Source: Carcharhinus amblyrhynchos (taxonomy: Eukaryota). Taken from it: a DNA stretch of 64,000 nucleotides. This document shows positions 25,430 through 38,763 of this stretch, one piece after another. The stretch covers positions 65,162,001 through 65,226,000 of the forward strand of contig OZ336885.1 of NCBI GenBank assembly GCA_965287045.1. The letters run 5' to 3'. A model generated the notes under the pieces. The model worked only from the letters and a program-made list of their open reading frames with translations. It made no database searches and was not told the DNA's origin. Positions within the stretch are counted from its first letter, which is position 1, and each line of letters begins with the position of its first letter. A program made the translations under genes and the position numbers.

Positions 25430-25724
25430 CTTTAGGAAATAATACAAATGATTGAACATTCAGAGTAAAAAGTAAACATGTCTAAAGTTACGCCTTCAAG
25501 GTAACATTCAATCTCATGTTAGCAGCTCATTCATAATCACACCGTAAGTTAATTTCCTGTGTTGATTCTAATGATACATTCTGAAAGACTATGTCAGCTG
25601 GAAAACAAAACGCCATTCCGTCAACGGTAATAACAGATGGTGGGAAGAAACGCAAACACCTCTCACCTTCCAATCTCATTGCAGAATAATTTCACCAAAA
25701 AAGCCAAAATTTGCACAATCAGAA

Positions 25725-25757
25725 GCGCGCGCGCGCGCGCGCGTGTGTGTGTGTGTG
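25725..25757. repeat. (GC)n(GT)n alternating purine-pyrimidine microsatellite
   Basis: gcgcgcgcgcgcgcgcgcgtgtgtgtgtgtgtg. Confidence 0.95.
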
Positions 25758-26164
25758 TTTAATAAGACGGCAGAAAGTGAGTCACCGGATTTTTATTATC
25801 AATTTCTATCGACCTTCGGAAATGCAGCACATAAGTCGAGTTAAGGCGTTGACACGTTTGCTATTTCGTTAAAGCAAAATCTGGTTTCACAGCGGCACAG
25901 ATAGTGATCTTAAGTGGCAGAGACATAGAAAGTAACTTTTGCTTCTTCATTCGGGCGTCTTATAGGATTCATAATGTTTATTTAATAGTCATAAGTAAAG
26001 TTATATGAATACGGAATTAAGTTTGTGTGAATATCCACATTTGCACTTTCGCTTAGCATATATCATCTCTCTTAAACTTATTCTTACAAATGGTAATTGG
26101 TCGCACAATGATGCAAACACAATCGTAAAATCAATCCAAATGTGCTTTTATTTTTCAATTTCTT

Positions 26165-26440
26165 AGAAGTCTTGCAACACCAGATTAAAGCCCAAAAGGT
26201 ATATTTGGAAGCACGAGTTGACTCATCGTGTGAATGGATGTAGGCTCATAAATAACCCTGTACTTGCGAATGCAGGTGAGGGTTGGCGGCTCATAAATGG
26301 CATCAATATTTCAGCTAAGACAGAATTGGGAAATAAGTTCAGTTTGGAATGTGAAAAATATTTTGACTGCGAGCCTTCACAATTAATCACTTCCTTACAG
26401 GTACAGACAATGTGAGAGGGAATTCAAGTTGCCTCAGCAC
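26165..26440. mobile_element. Degraded Penelope pLTR arm
   Basis: agaagtcttgcaacaccagattaaagcccaaaagg and ggtacagacaatgtgag match the arms at 16388 and 36724. Confidence 0.65.
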
Positions 26441-26762
26441 GCTCTGAACATCATTAAAAGATCATTTACCTCCACGATTTTAATTTCTACTTCGTGTCCT
26501 TAACTTTCTGTTGACCAAACATCTACCTTACAAGTGTATGCCAAATACTGACCTGAATTTGGCCTGTCAATCCCCTTTGTGCATTATTAATGGAACTTCC
26601 ACGCCTCTATGGAACACTGAGTTTAGAACCCAACCCGCGCTAATACTCCTTCACCACCTGTCACTCAACTATTTCCTTTCGAGACTATCTAGCATATTTC
26701 TACTTGTTATATTTAGTCAGATCATCAATAAACCTCTTCTGCTTTCTGACCATTATCCTTAC

Positions 26763-26783
26763 CAACAGAAAGTCTCTGAATGC
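26763..26783 (-). CDS. Candidate 21-nt micro-exon, phase 1: (G)IQRLSV
   Basis: aatattacaactcag|GCATTCAGAGACTTTCTGTTG|gtaagg; weak pyrimidine tract. Confidence 0.35.
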
Positions 26784-28524
26784 CTGAGTTGTAATATTCT
26801 TCAACACTGTTGGCAAGGCCTTTGCGAAGCAGTTATGACCTTACTGCAAAACAGTGACCAAACCTATAAAAAAAACATAATTGCCGATGTTCGAATGAAC
26901 TATTATCGATGCATGTTGATCATTGCAAACAAACGGTTCTATTATGTAATCTAAAAAAGGAAATACTTGTGCATGCCTCTTTATATTGGTTCTGCATCCG
27001 TGGACATGCTTTTGGAGGTTTTTGTCTTCCATGAACACTCTTAACCTGGTTCTGCTGTTTTGTTTGCGCACCAGTAATGCATACATTACGTTCTTCCAGA
27101 GAAAATTGCGTTGACTACTTGTCCGACCATTTGAGAAATGTATTGATGTCATTTATGAGCCGCCAACCCTCACCTTCTTTCGTAGGTACAGGCTTATTTG
27201 TTTCATTACACGCAGATTTCCAAACCACATTTTCTTTTTATGTCTGAATCAGCCATATGTAGGTCATCCAACAAATGACCTGTTCCAAACCAATGAAATA
27301 TGAGAAAATTAGCGAACGACAACGACACATTTTTCGAATCACTAAGGTAATTATGTTTTCAGCCCCTCCTCTTCAAATCTAACTATGAGATTGTCTTTTT
27401 TTTCCCTCTAATCAGGCCTCCATTCAGCACATAGTTAAATATCGTGCCAAATTCGCTGCAGAAAGCATAATTTCCAATGCACTCATCAAATAGAATTGTT
27501 CTTTTTGATACAAAATTCATTAATCAGAAATAAAGGACTGCCATCGTAAACAATCCAAAATCACGTTTTCTGATCGTTCGAAAACATTCATAGTGGCAGT
27601 CCAAGCTGTCTCAAATTTTTGATTCAATTTTTTTTTTGCGAAATAGCCCGACAAAATTGTCCTTTACTACATATCGTTGTATCATTTCCAGTCGTCCAAT
27701 CAGATTGAAAACAAACAGATCTTCTAAGTCCAAGATTTCGCACATGCACTCTTTCAACAGTCAGAATTTTTTTTTAAAAAGTCAAGAACAGTAAGCATTT
27801 GAATTGCATCCTGTACTTCAGCTTTCACTGTACTAATTAACGAGAGCCTCCAGCAGTCTTATTCTCCGATTAGAATGTGTACATTGTTTACTTTTTGATT
27901 GACGAGGGAAAAACAGTAACCATTCCAAGATTTTCTGCATGAAGCTCAGATTATCCCTCATGTCTCTAAGAGGCAATAAATTTCCCTTGGAAATCATTTT
28001 GCTTTTAATGGACTGTTGTGGCATTGTGGAAGTCTCTTTGATTTTGCTTCCAAATAGTATATTCTTCTCCATCATTTTCTCTCAAATTTACAATTTTTAC
28101 TCTTCCCTTGCACTTTCCATACATCCCTAGTCTCCCCAATGTACTATGCATGTTATGATTCTTGCAAGTATATTGTTTTGTTTTCTTGACTTATTCACGA
28201 CTGCACTACGATTTTCCACACCTGAGAGTTGTTACAAGGTTGAGGTTAAGATGTTTTTTCCCCCCAAAGATATGCCAAATCGCACAAAAAGGAATAGCTT
28301 GCCCTGATAAAAGTGCTTGGGAAGGTCAACGGTCCTTTTAGTACCATTTTGACGGTAATTAAGATAAATTCCTGGCACTCACTTTAGAACACGTTATTAA
28401 CAATTTACCTATGTAACTAACCGGAACATTGAAAAAAAAGTGGTAACATACCGAGGAAAATAAAATTCTAATCAAATGGCGTTCACATAAATGCAATGCC
28501 CATTCCATTCATTAAACTAATTTA

Positions 28525-28670
28525 TAGTAATAGTAGTAGTAAGAAGAAGAAGAAGAAGAAGACGAAAAAAGAAGAAGAAGAAGACGAAAAAAGAAGAAGA
28601 AGAAGAAGAAGAAGAAGAAGAAGACGAAAAAAGAAGACGAAAGAAAACGAAGAAGAAGAAGAAGAAGAAT
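28525..28670. repeat. (TAG)n/(GAA)n compound microsatellite with recurring gaagacgaaaaaa variants
   Basis: Direct read. Confidence 0.95.
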
Positions 28671-30356
28671 AGAATTTTGATATTTTCAAAAAAGAATCGG
28701 AAACAGACTTTGCATCTTTCTGAACCTGGAGGTGTTTTTTCCGGTTAATCTATCTGTGGGTATGTTCTATTCTGATTCGATGTCTTGTGGTGGTTATATG
28801 ATGCATTCCCATGACGCAAAGTTAAAGTTGGCATAGTTGACGGCTCAGAAGGCTTAGCTCGTGGCAACTAGCAATTATTCTCTTCCTCTTGAGACTTGAA
28901 AGATGTCAGTGTTTCACTCCAGGTTTTGTCTCTTGCATTCGGGTTTATGTTTGTTATGATGTGTCAATTTCCTACAAAGGGATTGTACTGACTTTGGCAA
29001 AGCCATTAAAATCAAAGGTAATCGGTTTCTGGTCGCACTGTGACTGTTTTAAATTTATTGGGCATATAAAATAGATTGTTTTGTCAAGTCGACAGCTTGA
29101 CGTTTTGATGTGGTTTTTCAGCTTGAACATTGCCAGTCCAGGCAAACTCCAAGTACTGAAACAAATCGTACTGGCAAATTCCAAGTACTGAAACACACGT
29201 CAGGTTTCAGTGTGCCGCGAAACGATCCCCCCACCCCCATCTTTTTGGCATTTTTAAAAATATTTACATCGGTATCAACATCAATTTCCATATCACAAAT
29301 TCAACTGTTCAACAGGCCCTTAAGAACGACCATACAACCAGTATAATGAAAGTATGGTTTCATAATTTATGAAACTCGGTACAAAGCATCCGCACTGATA
29401 TTTTCACGACCAACAACACTCATAATTTGTTAAGCAAATGTTTGTAACGTGGGAATCAACCGAAATAACCGAGTATTTTTGACTTTAAGCAGAAATGTCA
29501 ACGAATTGTAATCAGTATGCAGAATCATTTTCCACACAACCATACAAATAATACAGCAATGTTGTAAGTTCATTATTAAACTCGATAACTCCATTGAGTA
29601 TATATCTGTTGGATACTGAGACATTTTGAAAATGAAACGATTGGCCTTTTAGTTCTACCATCATCCTCCTGTACCAACACAGCGTGAACAGTAACATCTA
29701 TGGCACCAGTTGCAACTTTGAAGGTTTTCATGACGAAAACAGACACGGTCGATAACGCTGCTTCAAATTCTCAAAAGCCTTCTAGAATTGACCTTTCCAC
29801 CGAAATTGAGTACTTATTGTACAAATCCGGTACTGGTGCCAGAAAGCTACTGAGGTTTGGTACAAATGTCCCTCCAAATCCGCTGACTCCCAAAGTTCAT
29901 TGTACTCCCCTGTTTGATAATGGTCTTGGAAATGTCTTTAGATCCTTCACCTTCACGTGTCATCGTCTCGCATCCAATGATGAGTTCTTAAGATGTCACT
30001 TCTGCCTTCCTCAGTGTTGTATATGCCAAGAATATGGCCGAGTGTGCCTTGCATAATTTCTCGAAGAGCTGTGCCAAATATTTTGCTAGAATGGTAAATT
30101 ATCATTACATCGTGTACGCAGGCAGCAGTAGTAGTCAATCCTCCAACACATCCTTCCACGAGACTTGAAAAGCTTCTGGCGTTTTTTTTTTTATTTTCAA
30201 ACGGAAGGACATTTAAAAACATGATATACACCATTTGGAGTTATTAAAAGAAACATTTTGTTTTCCTTTCTCTGACAAAGTCAGTAGCCACGAACTAATT
30301 CCAACTTTGTGAGCGAAGTGGTTTGTCCCAGATTTTCCACGTAATCCTCCAGAACT

Positions 30357-32025
30357 GAACATAAGAACATAAGAAATAGGAGCAGGAGTAGGCCATCTCG
30401 CCCCTCGAGCCTGCCCCGCCATTCAATAAGATCATGGCTGATCTGTCGTGTCTCAGTTCCACATTCCCGCCCTGTCCACATAACCCTTAAGCCCCTTGCC
30501 TATCAAAAACCTATCAACCCGCGTCTTAAAAATATTTAGCGAGGCAGTCTCCACCACTTCAACGGGCATAGAATTCTTGAGTGAAGAAGTTCTTCCTCAA
30601 CTCCGTGCTAAACAGCAGCCCGCCCCCCCTTTATTTTGAGGCTGTACCCTCTAGTCCTACTGTCCTTTATGAGCGGGAAGAGTCTCTCCACCTCTATCTT
30701 ATCCACCCCATTCATCATCTTATATGTCTCAATGAGATCTCCCCTCATTCTTCTAAACTCCAACGAGTACAAGCCTAGTTTATTCAGCCTCTCCTCATAG
30801 CTCAACCCCCTCAACTCCGGTATCAGCCTAGTAAACCTCCTCTGCACTCCCTCCAAGGCCAAAATATCCTTGCGTAAGTCCGGCGACCCAAAACTGCACA
30901 CAGTACTCCAGCTGCGGCCTCACCAGTGCCCTATACAGCTGCAGCAAGACCTCCCTACTTTTATAATCAATCTGCCGCGCTATGAGGGCCAACATCCCAT
31001 TCGACTTCCCGACAACCTGCTGCACCTGCAAGCTGTTTTTTTGCGACTCATGCACAAGGACCCGAGGTCCCTCTGCACCGTCGCCTGCTGCAGTTTTTCG
31101 CCACGTAAGTAATAGTCCTTCCTACCATTATTCCTACCAAAGTGGACCACCTCACACTTGCCAACATTAAATTTCATTTGCCAGTTCCTGGACCACTCGC
31201 CCAGCTTATCTAGATCCTTCTGCAGACTCTCCACACTCTCCGCACAATTTGCCGTTCCACCAATCTTGGTGTCATCTGCAAATTTCGACACCATAAACTC
31301 GGTTCCCTCCTCCAGATCATCTATATAAGTGGTAAATAGCTGAGGCCCCAGCACCGACCCCTGGGGCACTCCACTCGTCACCAACTGCCAATCCGAATAG
31401 CGCCCACTAACCGCCACTCGCTGCCTCCTATTTGACAACAAATCCTCTATCCACGCGAACACCCTACCCCCAACTCCATGCCCCCTTACTTTCTGCAATA
31501 ACCTCTTGTGAGGTACCTTGTCAAACGCCTTCTGAAAATCAAGAAAGACCACATCCACCGGCTCTCCTCTATCCACCGCCCTAGACACATCCTCATAGAA
31601 CTCCAATAAATTTGTCAGACGTAACATTAGCCGTTTTCCAATCTTCCGGCATTTCTCCGGAATCCAGCGACGTTTGGAAAATAACCACCAAGGCATCCAC
31701 TATCACCTCCGCCATTTCTTTCAGTACCCTCGGATGCATTCCATCCGGTCTTGGTGAGTTGTCCACAATCAGTCCCTCCAGCCTGTCGAGCACCGCCTCT
31801 CTAGTAACAATAGTGTCATTGAGACCCTCCAGTCCTATCACCTTTCCATCGCTAACACCCGGCAAATTATTCACGTCCTCCTCCGTGAAGACCGAAACAA
31901 AAAAGTTATTCAAGACCTCAGCCATTTCCCCATCCCCTACCACTAAGTCCCCCCTCTCATCCTCTCAGAGTCCACCGTTCACCCGAACCAGCCTCTGCCT
32001 TTTTATATATTTATAAAAACTCTTA
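30357..32025 (-). mobile_element. Young CR1 LINE, ~1.67-kb 3' portion with RT, internally deleted
   Basis: RT motifs VFLDFQKAFDKVPH, GVPQGSVLGP and KFADDTK (ORF 30980-31696). Upstream PRPDGMHPRVLKEMAE...WKTANVT. Reverse tail gaacataagaacataag at 30357. Confidence 0.95.
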
Positions 32026-33164
32026 AACATCTGTAATTTCCCAGCAGTCGTGCATTCCCGCCAGTTTGCCACTCAGATTGGCAAAATCCGTTCCCATCGT
32101 CCACAATTTTAATCCTTCAGTCCGGTTTAGCTGTCTGTGTTGCCGGAGTTTTCCTATATCCAAACATAACGTGGCTGCATTCACGAAATTGGCAACCAAA
32201 TCCCATTTTATCTATTTGTTCGGCATTGTTACCTATAATTAACGATTAACACTTGTTGGAATTAATGTTAAATTAGATGTATCTCCCTAGGTGCCTTGAG
32301 TACTTTTCAAAAAAAAATCATTATCGATTATTTCCTCATTATCTTTTGCAATCGAAACTGAAGCCGCTCATTTCCGGCATTATGCAGTACATTACGCAGT
32401 ACATTCCTAACAACGTAACTGCCTTTGTTTTCTGACTTAAAATTGTTTCGCCTGATCTTCAGCTCCACTCGATATGTGTGTCATGCTCGCAGTTCTAAGT
32501 GATATCTCGAAAAAATAATGCACCCTCCATTTTCAACTGCCATCGTAACTTGTCTTAACACTCTGTGGCAATGTTTGCTCAAAAACGGTTGCCGCTTGTC
32601 AATTCACGTTTTATATTTAGTGACGACATCAGTCTTCCCTGCATCGATTTCTGCCATCCACTCCGCGCTTAAAGTTTCTGGGTTTCATCAAATTACACTT
32701 TGAAGACTACGTAATTCAATTGCTGCACACTTCACAGTTCTGTCTTTTGCTTTCCAGGGTCGCACATTAATAATCTATCTTGAGTTATTTGTTTTCAATT
32801 TTCCCTCATGCTCCCGTCATACGAACATATATTTTAAACTCTTCAACAACACTTGGTTTTATCCCTGGTAATTAAAAGTCGTCCAATCATTAACATGTAG
32901 TATTGCATCACTGTTTCCAGTAGCATTTATTTCCGATCAATAGTTGCTTTCAGCAAGTAATCGTACTTTTTTGCAGCTATCTTGCCTGATATGTGCATGA
33001 ACGCTTGGCGTTAGAGTGGCATTGCGGTGGATTGAGGTAAAAATTGTATATCTGCAAGTCACTATCGCAAATGTCGTGGAGGGAACCTTGAGATGATAAT
33101 GTGCCTTGGTGTCTTATGATCTTTACTTGCTTGGTGGCAGTGGGAATAGGTAAGACTTAAAAAA

Positions 33165-33490
33165 AAAGTGGCACAATCGTTCGAATTGCTCCTTCGCAGT
33201 GCCAGGAACACAGGATAGAATTGCATCTTGTGTCAATGTCTAAGTGGAATCTGACATTCTCCCCATGTCTGCGTGGGTTTTGTCCAGGTCGTCCGATGCC
33301 TTCCTCAGTCCAAACATATGTTGGCTCAGTCGAATGACGATGCCAAATTGCTCGGTAGTGTCGGGGGGTCGAGCGAAGTTAAATGTAAGGAGCAATGTGG
33401 AAAAGTCCTGTGTGAGATTGTGGTCGCCTTAGACTCGAAGGGATGATTGACCTTCTTCTGCACTGTGCGAATTTACGATTCTATGATTCT
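33165..33490 (+). mobile_element. Degraded HE1/V-SINE-like SINE
   Basis: gtggcaca...gacattctccccatgtctgcgtgggtttt...cttctgcactgtgcg...gattctatgattcta. Confidence 0.75.
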
Positions 33491-35789
33491 AAAGTGCTGC
33501 ATGGGGAATCTTGTCATATTCTTCCAGTGGACAATGCCGGCTGTCATTGTTTGTTTTTCGTGGAGGAAAAGAATGTTTTTGGAAGGTTAATAATCAAATG
33601 TGTCATTGATCATGAGACAATTGAATGTATGTAGATTAGCACGCATCATGACACGTGGAATGTGTTAAAATACACACTTGAGCTGTGTCTCCTACATTGT
33701 GGATAGGATTTCAGCAGACAAGAGGGGAGTTGCTCGCTGCAGGGCTCGTATACATGTTCATGCTCTGGTACCCACTGTAATTATGGGGCTAGAATAGTTG
33801 AAGTTAGAATCACAAGTAAACACCAAGGTGTTATTTGTCTTGGATTCAGCTATGATCGTGCAATTTTATGCCAAGAATCAGTTTGTCGAACACCTATTTT
33901 TAAAGAGTTATTCATTCTCATTTGTGTGTCGCGAATGTTAACTGCTATTTGACAACTGTATCCCGGTATTGTACAGTCGATGAATTGTTTCTGTTCTGAA
34001 CATCGTGCACCTATCGGCGAAAATGTTCAATACTACTGCTGTGATGGTGAAAAAAAAAGTCATTGAACAGGAAACTGTGCATGTTCAGGCTGAGGGCCTT
34101 AAATACATATGTCCTGGATTTGAACTCACTCCCCACCAAGTCAGTTTATTGATAGTAATCTGTGGACCTTTTCACCCTGATATATGTAGCTTCCACTTTT
34201 GCATGAATTTCTTGATGAGGACATTTGCCACATTTTACCTGCATGTGAAAGACAATCAGTCTTCCCTCACCTTTGATATTCATCTCTTCTGTCGTTGCAT
34301 CAAACAATGTTCCATTGATTTAAAAAGTTGAGGGACACCAGTAGAATACAATGCGAACGATCGTTCACAGCTTACCACGAAGTAGGTTTCGCTTGACAGC
34401 AAAGTTAATGACTAGTTACACGACTCTGCTGGTTATCTAAATTCGACTGATGGAAAACCAACTGTTGAAGTTGGATTCACCCTGTATATTAGTGCAAGTT
34501 GCCTGTCCGAACGTCACATAAAAGCTACATTCTTCCTCATGGACCAAAGATTCAATCTTTAGATCTTAAGGGTGTCTACTTCGGACGTTAATCAAAGGTG
34601 AGACTGAGATTTACCTGAAGGTTGCGAGTGTCTTGCGTTTTTTTTCAATATTCGCATTAGCTACGATTATTATCCATAATGATGTCAAAGCCTTTCCCAA
34701 ACCATGCCAATGTTAATATTGTAAAGATGATCACCCTTCCTAAGAATATGATCCTGCACCTGTTCAGTGGTGCTGGAATGTGGATGGCAGATGATGATCT
34801 ACCAAGAATTGAAACCTTTTTATTTCTAGTTTTGCCGAGCCCTAAATAATTAGTGCACGTCTCATCGTCTTTCTCCAACCCTCTACCCTAAATTCGCCAG
34901 TGGATTGCGAACCCTGGAGTTAGCTACTCCAAAGGAAACACAACTGAATTCTGACTGGTGGTAGGAAGACTGGTGTATTTTTGCTCGACCTGACGTGCTT
35001 TTTCTTCAGCTCCCTGTTCTTAATGTTTTCACATTCTGCCTTCCAATGCCAGAGATTCCACAGAGGTTATTTGAATGCAATTATTTTGCAGGGCTCAGAC
35101 TTTCGGATTCGTCAGAACGCATCCGGCCACTTCTGAGCGCTAAAACCCACTGATGCATGTTGTGCAGCTTGTGATGATAACTATGCACGTTGTATTGTAG
35201 GAAAATTCGCGACGTAATAACCTTCCACATATGACGGGGCATGCAATCCACAAGATCGAATTGCACTATTTTTAGGTTGCAATATTTTTGGCTTCGTTTC
35301 TTCATGCAGTTTTTATTCGCCTGGTCTCGATTTGCCTTTTCTTTATGCGGTTTGTTGTATTACAAAATTAAATTGTGCTACTGGTGATTTGTTGTGCAAA
35401 GACTTTTCTCCTCATACACATCCTATTGAACCAACTAAATAGAAATGTCTCGTCAACAAATGGACTAGTATTTTTTTTCTGCCATGTTACCGGTGAACAG
35501 TTACGGCTGCATGTCAATTGCTGATGTACCAGAGGATATCATAAACAAATAGAAAGAGAATGGTAACTGATAGGTGCAGCCTCAACCGTGTTTCATCAAA
35601 CAGCTTACGCACCACAATTATCTCGACAGCACTCTGTGTTCGTTCACTTGCTGTCAGAGCACGCAGCCATTCTTAACATAGCACTGTGAGTTACAATTGT
35701 TTTTACTGAGCTCTTGAACGGCCTAATAAGTGTAGTGGCTAAATTTTCGAAGCTCCTGTGCTCTTCAGCAGCACGCGGTCGAACGTTCC

Positions 35790-38000
35790 TTGGAGCCTGC
35801 TTCGCCTTTGACTGTGATCATGGACGATCATCAAACTCAATCTCCCAATCTCTCTTTTCCCCAAATCCTTTGATTGGTAGTGCCCAAAAGAGCAATATTT
35901 AACACCTTAAAAAAAAAATACAACTTTGGCGGTCAACTACTTTCTGTCGTCCTAAAGCCCTCAGGTTTAGGCACCTCTGGTGTCGTAATTTATCTTCCTC
36001 TTCGTCCAAAAATGTTCATTCCTGTTTCCTCAGATTACTATTCTTGGTTCTGGATATCGACACCACTTCCTGCATCTACAATGTCCAGTTCACCGAGTAT
36101 TGTACACCCTTCTGTGAAATACCACTTCAGTTATCTGAATGGCAGCAATTATAATCATATGCAACTGAACCTCTCCTCGTACTTGAGGACTGAAATCAAA
36201 GCAATGGGTCTCTGGAACGTGCTTTATACTCTGTCCGCAGCAAGAGCATCTTTCTCTAGATAAACAGAAACAGATCAAAATGGCACACGATATTTCAGGT
36301 GTGGCCTCACCCAGGTCTTCTATGTTGAAGCTTGTGATCCCTGCTCCTCTGCACAACAACTCGTGCAAATAAGGTCAACGTACAATTTGCCTTATTTACC
36401 GCCTTCATGGATGCCGCCCGTGATTAATTTATGAGGACACCTAGCGGCTGCAGTATATAGCCATTGAGGTAATATTGTGTCTTCGAGCTCTTCCTGCAAA
36501 AGTGAAGAACCTGATAGTGATGCGGATTATGCCGCATTCGTCATGCATTTACCTATTAAGTCTTTTTTTATGCCCAAATTATACTGAAGCCTCTTTCCCT
36601 TGTTCTCGCAGATCAAAGTCGTGCAATTTGAACATTTTTTTGAAAACATTTTATAAATACCTGGGTTCCAAACTACAGTCCCTGCGCTATCAATTGGGCC
36701 ATTGTCCAGCGCTCGGAAAGTGAGTAAGAAATCTCACAACACCAGGTTTAAGTCCAAGAGCTTTATTTGGTAGCAAAAACCACTAACTTTTGGAGTGCTG
36801 CCCCTTCTTCAGGCGTTTAGAAGTTCTAATCACACGCACGACATATAAAGACACAAACTGAATTTATAAAATGGCAAATGGATTACGAGACTTTACAGGT
36901 AATCAAGTCTATTAGGTACAGACAATGTGAGTTGAGAAAGTGTTAATCACAGGTTAGAGGGATGTGCATTATCTCCAGAAAGGTCAATTAGTGAGATTTT
37001 GCAAGCTCAGGCAAGTTGCGGGGCTTATAGATCGTGTGGCTTGAATACAAGATCGCAGTTGAGGCCGCCCTCATTTGTGCGGAACTTGGCTATCAGTCTC
37101 TGCTCAGGGACTCTGCGTTGTCGAGTGTCGTGAAGGCCGCGTTGTAGAATGCTTACCCAGAGATCAGAGGCCGAATGCCCGTGACCGCTGATGTGTGCCC
37201 CCACAGGAATAGAGCAGACTTGCCTGGCTGCCGAACAAGCTTACTCCAACGACATGACTGGGCTGGCAAAACCTCACTAACTGTCTGGTCTGGAGAAAAT
37301 ATTTATCGTTTTAACCTGTGTTTAACGCTCTCTCCCCTCACGTTGCCTGTACCATTAAGACTTGACTACCTATAAAGACTCGAATTCCAACCATTATTTT
37401 GTAAATAGTGTTTGCCTTTCTTTTTAATATATGCCTTGTTTGTGAATAGAACTCCGACTCACCTGGCGAAGGGGTAACGCTCCAAAAGGTAGTGGATTTT
37501 GTTACCGAATAAAGCTATTGATTTTTTACCTGACGTTGTGAAACTTCTTACTGTGATTACCCCAGTCCAATGCCGGCATCTGCACATCATGATTGGAAAG
37601 CGAACCATTTATTCCCATTACTATTTCCCCCTTTCTGCCATTCAGTTTTCAATGCATACATTGCACCCAATCTGATTGGCTTTGATTGTGCATTCGAATG
37701 GCCTTTGTGGGGATTTTTTGAATGCCTTCAGAGATTCAAAATAAACCACGTGAGTTGGTTTCACCAATAACAATTCGATGACTCGCACCAGCGAAGAATT
37801 CCAGTGGATTCAAAACGCATGTTTCAACTTTTGTACTCTTGTGCTGACTCTGTCCAATCATATCCCAGTTTTAGAAGTGTTTTTCTGTAAAGCGGTTGAT
37901 AGTGGGCTCGAAAATGTTCCCCAAGACGGACACAAAACAGTCTAGTGCATCATTTCCTGTTTCTTCTGAAACTCATTTTTGTTAAATAGTATTTTTTTTC
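35790..38000 (-). mobile_element. Old, degraded CR1 LINE interrupted by the Penelope element at 36724
   Basis: Reverse 3' UTR ttggagcctgcttcgcc...gatcatggacgatc, caggtgtggcctcaccc and gaatgccttcagagattc (reverse LDFxKAF region). Confidence 0.55.
36724..37590. mobile_element. Penelope-derived hairpin element retaining a GIY-YIG endonuclease C-terminus
   Basis: Inverted arms gtaagaaatctcacaacaccagg / cctgacgttgtgaaacttcttac. Minus strand ~37052-37215 reads SIPVGAHISGHGHSASDLWVSILQRGLHDTRQRRVPEQRLIAKFRTNEGGLNCD. Flanks cggaaagtga / tggaaagcga. Confidence 0.85.
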
Positions 38001-38600
38001 AGCTGAAATTGAAACTGTCAGAACTGTTCCGCAGTCGATTGAATCTGGAAAAGGTGACAATAAATTGCGTCATTTTCGCGGTTTTTCTTTAAGTAGCATT
38101 TGATATAGATTGTCAGGCCAGTGGCATGTATCGGCTCTCAATCCCATCGAACTTCCGAGCATTATGTCTCCACAGGCATTGGTTTATCACAGTTCCTCTC
38201 ACACTGAATGTTGTATTTGCGAACATTTCCAATCTGTCATTCGTATCCTACATTGTACTGATATAAACGTATCTGACATTTCACAATTATACTGTTTGAA
38301 TATATGCCATCACCGAACCACATTTAATTAACCGTTTCTGTTCAATTGTAGCTCATGCCACGTCAGAATGTCATACTTTATGGTGTTAGGATTCTGCATT
38401 CTGTTCACTCTCTGTTAAATATGCCCCTATTTCTCAGTGCAGGAGACCCATATTTGTCTTTGCCAACGTTTTATCTTCCGAAATTTGAGCAAACTCCCGT
38501 GCAAGTCTTTATGATCGCAACAAACAAACTCGTGTACACAATTTTCCCCAACTCAATCAATCACTTCGTCCTCCTTTGCTGGATTCTCAATGGCTTCAAA

Positions 38601-38763
38601 NNNNNNNNNNNNNNNNNNNNNNNNNNNNNNNNNNNNNNNNNNNNNNNNNNNNNNNNNNNNNNNNNNNNNNNNNNNNNNNNNNNNNNNNNNNNNNNNNNNN
38701 NNNNNNNNNNNNNNNNNNNNNNNNNNNNNNNNNNNNNNNNNNNNNNNNNNNNNNNNNNNNNNN
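38601..38763. other. Assembly gap (N run)
   Basis: 163 N bases. Confidence 1.
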
